From an uncultured bacterium (GTDB taxonomy: Bacteria > Abyssobacteria > SURF-5), in assembly GCA_964510165.1 (NCBI GenBank), contig CAZEBC010000099.1, forward strand, positions 1 to 14,299: a stretch of 14,299 nucleotides of DNA, in the 5' to 3' direction. Shown here one piece after another: positions 1-7,300 of this stretch; the first letter of the stretch is position 1, and each line of letters starts with the position of its first letter. The notes beneath the pieces are model-generated. The model saw only the letters and a list, made by a program, of their open reading frames with translations, searched no databases and had not been told where the DNA came from. A program made the translations under genes and the position numbers.

Positions 1-70
1 TTGCGGCGCATTCGCAAGGAGCGCAGTTCTGGGACACACGAAAGGACCGCTTGTCTTCCGAGTTCACCAC

Positions 71-200
71 ATGCGCGAGGGAAGGAGCGCATGGCCACGG
101 CGAGGCGTGTCGGCGGGGATTCCCCGCTGTTGGCGGCAAACTTGCCGCCTCGCCGCCGCGCCCGGGCGCGGCGCCCCAGGCGTTTTCAACTACGTTGGGG
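71..200. repeat. Chain of adjacent GC-rich palindromes/hairpins
   Basis: ATGCGC..GCGCAT (71-92); GCGGGGA-T-TCCCCGC (113-127); GGCGGCAA-AC-TTGCCGCC (132-149); perfect 20-bp palindrome CGCCGCGCCCGGGCGCGGCG (154-173); CCCCA..TGGGG (174-200). Confidence 0.7.
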
Positions 201-226
201 AAAAAGGCGAAAGGCGAAAGGAAACT

Positions 227-290
227 GTAGGGCCGAATTCATTCGGCCAACTCGGAACCAAGAAGACCGTGGGTGCAAATTCATTCGCAC
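227..290 (+). repeat. Two tandem REP-like palindromes (GTAG/GTGG-footed)
   Basis: GTAG-GGCCGAAT-TC-ATTCGGCC (227-248) and GTGG-GTGCAAAT-TC-ATTCGCAC (269-290). They are 42 bp apart and both are followed by AACT. A GTRG tetranucleotide next to a short hairpin is the established REP architecture. Confidence 0.75.
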
Positions 291-317
291 AACTCTATAA
301 CTATACAACTATAATCC

Positions 318-337
318 GAGACCAGAAACCAGAGACC
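318..337 (+). repeat. Left arm of a perfect 20-bp inverted repeat made of GA(G/A)ACCA heptamers
   Basis: GAGACCAGAAACCAGAGACC is the exact reverse complement of 876-895. Confidence 0.9.
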
Positions 338-342
338 AGCAA

Positions 343-369
343 CCCTCTCCCTCCGGAAGAGGGTGAGGG
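343..369. repeat. CCCTCTCCCTC...GAGGGTGAGGG palindrome
   Basis: 11-bp stem with one T-T mismatch around a CGGAA loop. Confidence 0.65.
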
Positions 370-387
370 CCTTCGCATTGCGGCTCT

Positions 388-464
388 GCCGTGTCGTTCC
401 GTGGTCGTCTGTGTCGGTCCGTCTTCGTCCACGACGTCCACATTGTCCATGGCTGTCCACGGTC
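388..464. repeat. Degenerate 9-10 nt tandem repeat (TCCGTG-like, then GTCCA units)
   Basis: 10-nt periodic units GCCGTGTCGT/TCCGTGGTCG/TCTGTGTCGG/TCCGTCTTCG, then GTCCA at 427, 436, 445 and 455. Confidence 0.7.
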
Positions 465-652
465 GACAACCAGTTCCTTCGAATTCACAAATCCACGCTG
501 ATGCCTCACCACGAATCGGCTCTTATTGGCACGCATCCGCGGTTCCAAGGCTGGTTCAAAGTTCAAAGTCGCCGTTTCGTGTGATTCGGCCTGATTCGTA
601 TCATTGGTGATACAAGAGTCGTTCTTTGCGCTCTCTGCGTCCTAGCGGTGAA

Positions 653-856
653 TCACGCCTTCTTTTTCTTCGCGCCTTTCCGTTTCGGTGAGGGTTCGTC
701 GGCGCCGGTGAGTTCGACGTAGGCGTCGTGCGAGGGGCAGCCCTTTTCCCAGTGACCGCGCACCTTTTTGCCGACAAACGAGTCGGGATATTTGCGGGCG
801 ATGTTGCAGCCGGGACAGATTTTGTTCCAGCCGGCGAGCGTTTTTTTCATGTCCAT
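653..856 (-). CDS. Small hypothetical protein (67 aa) with CxxC and H-x4-C-x2-H, possibly metal-binding
   Basis: ATG preceded by a GGGAGA RBS; CPGC and HWEKGCPSH motifs; Lys-rich tail; same strand as and downstream of the dehydratase gene. Confidence 0.75.
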   Translation of the reverse strand: MDMKKTLAGWNKICPGCNIARKYPDSFVGKKVRGHWEKGCPSHDAYVELTGADEPSPKRKGAKKKKA

Positions 857-875
857 GGTGGTCTCCCTTCGGGAG

Positions 876-902
876 GGTCTCTGGTTTCTGGTCTCTGGTT
901 TA
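876..902 (-). repeat. Right arm of the 20-bp heptamer inverted repeat
   Basis: GGTCTCTGGTTTCTGGTCTC (876-895), extended by a further partial unit TGGTTT. Confidence 0.9.
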
Positions 903-918
903 AGGAATAAGCAATGGC

Positions 919-942
919 GGGCGCAATGAATTGCGCCCCTTC
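919..942 (-). repeat. Third REP-like palindrome of the AAT-TC-ATT family
   Basis: Minus strand reads GAAG-GGGCGCAAT-TC-ATTGCGCCC: a perfect 9-bp stem with the same core as 227-290, and a foot one change away from GTAG. Confidence 0.7.
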
Positions 943-963
943 ATGCATGTTCTCGCCGTTTAA

Positions 964-990
964 GGGGACACGATGAGGCATCATGTCTCC
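964..990 (-). terminator. Hairpin just after the dehydratase stop (REP-like or weak terminator)
   Basis: GGGGACACGATG-AGG-CATCATGTCTCC, 10 of 12 positions complementary, 3 nt from the TAG stop. There is no long U-tract. Confidence 0.4.
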
Positions 991-993
991 AAA

Positions 994-2610
994 CTAAACT
1001 TTGACAACCGCGCCGGTGTGGGCGGATGAGACGAGTGCGGCGTATTTCGCGAGGTGGCCGCTGAGCGTGCGCTGCGGCTGCCGCCACTGGCGCATGCGCT
1101 TGTCCATTTCTTCCATCGAAATCTCCAGTTCGAGCTTCCGGTTGGGGATATCAATGAGGATCATGTCGCCGTTGCGAACGACCGCGAGCGGCCCGCCGAC
1201 GTAAGCCTCGGGCGAGACGTGCCCGACGGCCGGCCCGCGCGTGAAGCCGGAGAAGCGCGCGTCTGTGATGATGGAGACTTTTTCCTCGAGGCCCATCTGG
1301 AAAAGTTGCTCGGTGACGGTCAGAATCTCGCGCATGCCAGGGCCGCCCTTCGGGCCTTCGTTGCGGATAACGATGACCTCGCCCTCCTTGAAGTCGCGTT
1401 TGAGCGACGCCTCGATGGATTCGGCCTCGTTCTCGAACACGCGCGCGGGACCTCGGTGCACGAGCATCGTTTCGGGCACGCCGCTCTGCTTGACGACCGC
1501 GGATTCGGGCGCGAGGTTGCCGCGGAGGATGGCGATGCCGCCTTGCGCGTGGAACGGATTCGAGAGCGGCCTGATGACCTCCTCGTCGAGCACCCATCGG
1601 CCCACGAGGTTTTCTGACACCGGTTTTCCGGTGACGGTCATCGCGTCGGTGTGGATAAGGTCGCCAAGCTGGAGCATGATGGCCGGCACGCCGCCCGCCT
1701 TGTGGATGTCCATGATGAAGTAAGGGCCTGAGGGCATGCCGCCGCAGATGTGCGGCACGCTTTTCGAGAACTCATCGAACTCGTCGATCTTGAGCGGGAT
1801 GTCGAGTTCGTCCGCGAGCGCGAGGATGTGGAGGACGGCGTTGGTCGAGCCGCCCGCCGCCATCTGGACGGTGATGGCGTTCTCAAGCGCGCGGCGCGTC
1901 ATTATCTTTCGGGCGGTGAGACCAAACTCGATTAGATTCATCACCTGCTTGCCGCTGAGTTTTGCCTGGACTATCTTTTCGGATTGGACCGCGTGCGTGG
2001 TGGCCGAGCCGGGCAGGCTCATACCGAGCGCCTCTGCCAGGAACTGCATGGTGTTGGCGGTACCCATGCCGGAGCATGCGCCCGCGCTCGGGCAGCAAAG
2101 CTGGCTCAGGATGCGCGGCGCTTCCTTCGGAAGGAACATGTCGAACGGCAGCATCGGCCCGCCGGTGACGAAGATGGAGGGCAGGTCGAGCCGCGCGGCG
2201 GCGAGCAACTGGCCGGGAACGATCTTGTCGCACGAGCCGATGAACACGAGCGCGTCGAGGTGATGCGAGAGGACCATGGTCTCGATGGAGTCGGCGATGA
2301 GCTCGCGCTGAGGGAGCACATATTTCATGCCTTCGAGGCCGTTGCCGTAGCCGTCGCAGGGGGCGGGCGTGTCGAACTCGAGCGGCGTACCGCCGCCGAG
2401 GCGAACGCCCGTCTTGACGGCCTCGGCCACGTCGCGCAGGTGCAGATGGCCGGGGTTGAGTTCGGTCCAAGAGTTGACGACGCCGACGAGCGGGCGGTTC
2501 ATCTCCTCTTCGGTGAGGCCGATGCATTTGAGCAGTTCGCGCCTGACGAGCGCGGTGGCGGTTCTATCAACATTTTCAAGCAATAGCTTACTACGAGGTC
2601 TTTCTGTCAC
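994..2610 (-). CDS. ilvD: Dihydroxy-acid dehydratase / IlvD-Edd family Fe-S dehydratase (divergent)
   Basis: Motifs NSWTELNPGH, CDKIVPG, ACSGMGTANTM, GGSTNAVLH, GNLAP, EGPKGGPGM and TDARFSG..VGHVSPEA. Start placed at GTG 2610 (AGAGGA RBS 8 nt upstream) rather than TTG 2688, which coincides with a TTGACA -35 box. Confidence 0.9.
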   Translation of the reverse strand: MTERPRSKLLLENVDRTATALVRRELLKCIGLTEEEMNRPLVGVVNSWTELNPGHLHLRDVAEAVKTGVRLGGGTPLEFDTPAPCDGYGNGLEGMKYVLPQRELIADSIETMVLSHHLDALVFIGSCDKIVPGQLLAAARLDLPSIFVTGGPMLPFDMFLPKEAPRILSQLCCPSAGACSGMGTANTMQFLAEALGMSLPGSATTHAVQSEKIVQAKLSGKQVMNLIEFGLTARKIMTRRALENAITVQMAAGGSTNAVLHILALADELDIPLKIDEFDEFSKSVPHICGGMPSGPYFIMDIHKAGGVPAIMLQLGDLIHTDAMTVTGKPVSENLVGRWVLDEEVIRPLSNPFHAQGGIAILRGNLAPESAVVKQSGVPETMLVHRGPARVFENEAESIEASLKRDFKEGEVIVIRNEGPKGGPGMREILTVTEQLFQMGLEEKVSIITDARFSGFTRGPAVGHVSPEAYVGGPLAVVRNGDMILIDIPNRKLELEISMEEMDKRMRQWRQPQRTLSGHLAKYAALVSSAHTGAVVKV

Positions 2611-2658
2611 GGGCGTATTCCTCTGTTTTGGTGATACAGTTTCGCAAAGGTCCGTACA

Positions 2659-2688
2659 ATTTTTACCGAACATGCCCGTTTGTGTCAA
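2659..2688 (-). promoter_or_regulatory. Putative sigma70 promoter for the dehydratase gene
   Basis: Minus strand TTGACA - 17 nt - TAAAAA(T); the -10 box is imperfect. Confidence 0.55.
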
Positions 2689-2808
2689 GGTTTTTCGAGA
2701 ATATCTGGAAAGGCGCTAACTTTTCTCGGGGTACCCAATGGGAAAAGAAACCGAGTCGGGCGTACGGTCGGAAGCAACGAGACGCCGGGGGTCTCCTTGC
2801 GGGGTCTA

Positions 2809-2837
2809 TTTATAACATTAATTTTATCAAATACTTA
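2809..2837 (+). promoter_or_regulatory. Putative IHF-binding site in an AT-rich tract
   Basis: TATCAA-ATAC-TTA (2825-2837) matches WATCAANNNNTTR exactly and has an upstream A/T tract. Confidence 0.5.
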
Positions 2838-2863
2838 CGATACATAAATGGACTCAAACTTGC

Positions 2864-2892
2864 TTGACTTTGGCGGGTGCCACGCCTATAAT
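2864..2892 (+). promoter_or_regulatory. Sigma70 promoter for the tldD operon
   Basis: TTGACT (2864-2869) - 17 nt - TATAAT (2887-2892); RBS GGAGGT at 2915-2920. Confidence 0.85.
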
Positions 2893-2928
2893 TGAGCGAA
2901 TATCGGGGTTAAATGGAGGTAATCGAAC

Positions 2929-4311
2929 ATGGAAGTGATCAGACAAATTCCGGAAATCTTGAGGGCGGCGTTGAGGAATGGCGGAGATTTTGCAGAGGTC
3001 TTCATTGAAGAACGATTGTCAATAACCATCGGCTGCGAGGACAGGAAGGTGGAGCGGGTGGTCAGCGGGACCGACCGCGGGGCGGGCCTGAGGGTCGCCG
3101 TGGGCGAGATGACCGCCTATGCCTCGACGAATGACCTTACGCCCTCCGGCCTGCGCGAGCTGGCGGAGCGGGTGAGCAAGGGAATCAGTGCTCCGGTTGG
3201 AAGGTATTCGTTTCCGGAGAGTTGCGACGCCCATTTTGGCGAAAAGCCGATGAAATACCCTTCGAGAGTGTCCACGGGCGAGAAGGTTGCGAAGGTGCTT
3301 GAGGGGAATGAAGCAGCATGGTCATGCGGCAACGAGATAACCCAGGCCGAGGTGAGATATGGCGATTCACAGCAACGAGTTATCATCGCCAATTCAGACG
3401 GGTTGTTCGCGCTTGACGAGCGCATTTACATATTATTCATTGTGAGGGCCGTCGCGCAAAAGAACGGCGTGATACAGACGGGGTACGAGCCGATAGGCGG
3501 CACGAGGGGGTTCGAGATTTTTGAGGAGATAAGTCCGTCCATCATTGCCCGCACGGCGGCCGAGCAGGCGCTCAAGATGCTCGATGCCGAGCCGGCGCCG
3601 ACGGGGATCATGCCGGTCGTCATTGGGAGCCAGGCTGGCGGGACGATGATACACGAGGCCGTCGGGCACGGACTTGAGGCCGACCTCGTGCAGAAGGGGC
3701 TGTCAATATTCGCCGGAAAACTGGGGCAGAGGGTGGCGCCGCAGATCGTTTCGGTTCATGACGACGCCACGCTGCCTGGCAGAAGGGGTTCGTTTCGCTG
3801 CGATGATGAGGGCACTCCGTCGCGCCGGAACGTCCTGATCGAGAATGGCATTCTCAACAGTTACATGTATGACCTGACCACCGGGAAGAAAGCAGGTGTT
3901 GAATCGACGGGAAACGGGCGGCGCGAATCGTATCGCAGCCGGCCGATCCCTCGCATGACTAATACTATGATCGCGCCGGGCACCTCGCGCCCCGAGGACA
4001 TCGTTGGCTCGACGGAGAAGGGGCTGTTCGTCCGCAAGATGGGCGGCGGCCAGGTGAACACAATCAATGGCGACTTCATGTTCGAGGTCAATGAGGCATA
4101 CGCCATCCGCGGGGGCGAGTTGAAGGAAGCCGTGCGCGGGGCCTCGCTCATCGGCAATTGCGCCAAGGTGCTCATGAGCATAGACATGGTGGGTAGCGAT
4201 CTGGGTTTCGCCGTGGGTACCTGTGGAAAAGAAGGGCAAGGCGTGCCCGTGTCGGACGCCCAGCCGACGCTTCGCATTACTGGGATAACAGTCGGGGGAA
4301 CACATGCCTGA
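2929..4311 (+). CDS. tldD: TldD/PmbA family metalloprotease, catalytic TldD subunit
   Basis: HEAVGHGLEAD (HExxGH), DDEG, TGNGRRESY..PIPRMTNT, GGGQV and the C-terminal CGKEGQGVPVSDAQPTL with the Cys ligand; strong RBS. Confidence 0.95.
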   Translation: MEVIRQIPEILRAALRNGGDFAEVFIEERLSITIGCEDRKVERVVSGTDRGAGLRVAVGEMTAYASTNDLTPSGLRELAERVSKGISAPVGRYSFPESCDAHFGEKPMKYPSRVSTGEKVAKVLEGNEAAWSCGNEITQAEVRYGDSQQRVIIANSDGLFALDERIYILFIVRAVAQKNGVIQTGYEPIGGTRGFEIFEEISPSIIARTAAEQALKMLDAEPAPTGIMPVVIGSQAGGTMIHEAVGHGLEADLVQKGLSIFAGKLGQRVAPQIVSVHDDATLPGRRGSFRCDDEGTPSRRNVLIENGILNSYMYDLTTGKKAGVESTGNGRRESYRSRPIPRMTNTMIAPGTSRPEDIVGSTEKGLFVRKMGGGQVNTINGDFMFEVNEAYAIRGGELKEAVRGASLIGNCAKVLMSIDMVGSDLGFAVGTCGKEGQGVPVSDAQPTLRITGITVGGTHA

Positions 4312-7300
4312 CTTCAGGTTTGACTCATTCGAGGTGGACGAATCGAACCGATTCGCGGTCGCGCTGTGCAAGGCGGTCGTGAACCTCGAGAAGGGCTATT
4401 CGCCGTTGTTCATACACGGGGAGCCGGGGTCGGGCAAGACGCATTTGTTGACGGCCATGAGTGCCGAACTCGGCGCGCTTCATCCCGACGTCTCCAGACT
4501 GTATCTGTCCGACCAGTTTCCGACCGAAAAGATGCTCTCCGGTCAGAGATCGACCGACATCGACGGCAACTCCGAAGAGTTCATCTATAAGGCGTACAGC
4601 CGAAAAGACATTCTCATAGTTGATGACATCGAGCGATACAGTAAGGATCGAAAGGTGAGGGAACGCTTCTCGACGCTTTTGGGCGCCTTTGTGGACAACG
4701 GAAAGCAGGTTGTGCTTGCCTCCTCGGCGTCGATAGAGAATCTGACCGGCTTCGACGAGCGGATTCTGAGTCGGTTGCGCGGCGGCGTTGACGTCTCCAT
4801 CTCGTCGCCAAAGCCGGAGACCCGGCTGAAAATCCTCAAGCGCGAATGCGAACGGCTCGGCCTGACCTTGAGCGTGGATATCATGCAACTGCTGATGCTC
4901 GAGGCCGGCAAGGACATGCAGTATTTGAAGAAGCTGTCCACCAATCTGAAGACCTTCTCAACGATCACCCGCCAGAAACTCAGCAGGGAGAAGGTGGAGG
5001 AGTTCATCTCCATCATCCAGGCCGAAATGGGCGAGGAGAAAAGGGGCGCTACCGCCGAGCAAGTTTACGCATTATGGGTGCAGTCCCAGGCGCGAAAACG
5101 CGAAGACGATTATACGGAGCGGATCAGTCAACTGGAGGAGGAACTCGCCCGGCAGAAAGAACATGCGCAGGCGCTTGAAGAAAGGCTGCTGGCCGCCCGG
5201 CCCAGCAAGCAGGAATCCGAGGGCGAGGTCGTGGAGCTCCAGGCGCGCCTCAAGGCTCTTGAGAAACAACTCAAAGAGAAAACGAAGGCGTTGCAATCGC
5301 AAGAGCGTCTTGTCGCGAGCGAGATTCCCACGCTGACCAAAAGACTTCAGCAGCAGGAAAAACTTGTCGCAGAACAGAAGGCCGACCACGAAAAGGCCAT
5401 TTCCGAGAAAGAATCCAGGATTCTCGAACTCGAGCAGATGTTGTCGCGTGTTTCGGATAATCTCACGGCGACCGCTGACCAGGAGAAGCGCGCGGCGGCC
5501 ACGATCGAGGCCCTCAAGACAGAGCTCGACCGGGTGAAGAAGACGAGCAGAGACGAATTGCTTGGGCTGAGAATACAACTCGAGAAGAGAGAAGAAGACC
5601 TCAAACTGCTTGGCCGGGAGCGCGAACTTAGTCTCGGCCAACATGAGAGGAGCAAATCTGAACTTGAGCGAAAACTCGCTGAAGCGCAGGGCGAAATGCT
5701 TCTCCTCGAAAAGAAGATCGAGAGCCAAAACGCCCGTGTCGCTCAGCTTCAACGGGACCTCGAAAAGAAGACGCAAGACTTCTCGGAGACGGAGAGCCAA
5801 CTTCGGGCAGAGATGGAAGGACGGGGGAGACTTGAGGCCGAAGTCGCGTCGGTCACCCGGTCCCTCAATGTACTCAAGGGTGCTGGCGAAGTCGCTCAGG
5901 CAAATTTGAAGAGGGCACTGTCCGAAAGCGAGGCGAAGCTGGCAAAGGCGGCCAAAGTCGAGGCAGGATTGCGGCATGAGATAGCCGCCCTGGCGGAGTC
6001 CTTGGAAGCGGAGCGGGCACGCGCGGCCTCGGCCGAGCAGCGTTGCCGCGACTTCTTGGGCGCCGAGGCCGATTTCAAGTCCCAAATACAGTCCGTCCGG
6101 GCGGAACTCGAGCAGGCTCGTTCGGAAGGAGCACAACTGAAGCAACTCCTGGACACCATGTGCGCGGAGCGAGACACAGCTCGGCAGGAGATAGCTCGCC
6201 TCATGACCGAAGCATCGAGTCTGTCCCAGAACGTCAAGGAATACGAGAGTCTTATCGAGGGCCGCGACAAGGAAATCAGCAGGCTTAATGCAAAGGCTTC
6301 GGAGCTTTCAAAGACCCTTGCGAAGCGGGAGCGGCTACTCGCGGTCAAGGAAAAGGACGAAGCGGAACAAGTACGCAGGCTCAGCGAAGAAATCAAGGAA
6401 CGGGATGCCAGAATCCGCGACTTGGAATCGGAACTCGCGAACCAGGCGTCCCGGTTCTCAGCCCTGAGCGACGCTCACGAAACCCTGAACTCCAGGGTCG
6501 AGGAGCTTTCAAGCGAACACGCGAAGCTGACCGAGGCTAAGGAAAGCCTGGAGAGAGAGCTTTCCGGCGCGCTCGCCCAGGCGAATGCCCGGAGCGAAGA
6601 GGCCGCCTCGCGCGCTTCCGAACTTGAGAGCAAGCTCGATGCGTCCCAAGCGACGGTCTCGGAGCTCGAATCCCGGCTTGAACAGACGCGCAAGGCAACA
6701 ACACAGCAAATCGAGGAATTGGAAAGAACGCGAAGCGAGGCCGAGCGCCTTGCATCCGAGCAGAAGGCCGCTCTTGAGACCAAACTTGAAGAGGAGCTAC
6801 AGGAAATACAAAAGCTCGAATCGATCGTCTCCGAGTTGAACGAGCGCATCGAAGGACAGACGCGACTCATCGAGGAAAAGGAGAGCGAGCATGCCGACGG
6901 CGTATCGAAGCTTCAAGCGCAGTTAGCCGCCCGTGACGCCAGCATTGATGAACTGTCGAAACGACTGGAGGGCGCCGAAGCCGAACTCGAGCATCGAGCC
7001 GTTGCAATAACGGAGCTGAACGAGCAGACGCAGAAACTCCGGGCTAGCATGGATTCGCTTGTTTCCGAGAAAAAGGCGCTCGAAGAACGCCTCGCAAACG
7101 TCATCGAGGAAGGCGAAGCCAGGCTGAACGAGAGCGAATCGCGCCTCAAGCAAACGCGCGCAGCGCTCGAGAGCGCCAAGGAAGAGCTGGCCGTGCTCGG
7201 GACCAAACTCGAAAATGAGCGCGCCTCGTCCGCCGAACTCATTCAGAACCTTCGCGCGGAGGCAGGCAGAAGAGAGAAGGAATTCCAGCAGGCAAAGGAA

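Noticed and set aside
227-464. CRISPR array
   Set aside because: The repeats are too short, too few and heterogeneous, with no regular spacers and no cas genes.
1-610. ORFs 1..300, 71..610, 281..469, 309..566 and 363..584
   Set aside because: They run through palindromes and tandem repeats, have low-complexity translations and contain no recognisable domains.
2611-2688. N-terminal extension of the dehydratase from TTG 2688
   Set aside because: That TTG is part of the TTGACA -35 box and has no RBS, whereas GTG 2610 has one.
2690-2928. oriC-like locus (AT-rich tract plus IHF site near a DnaA-like gene)
   Set aside because: No TTATCCACA-like box cluster was seen, and divergent promoters explain the region.
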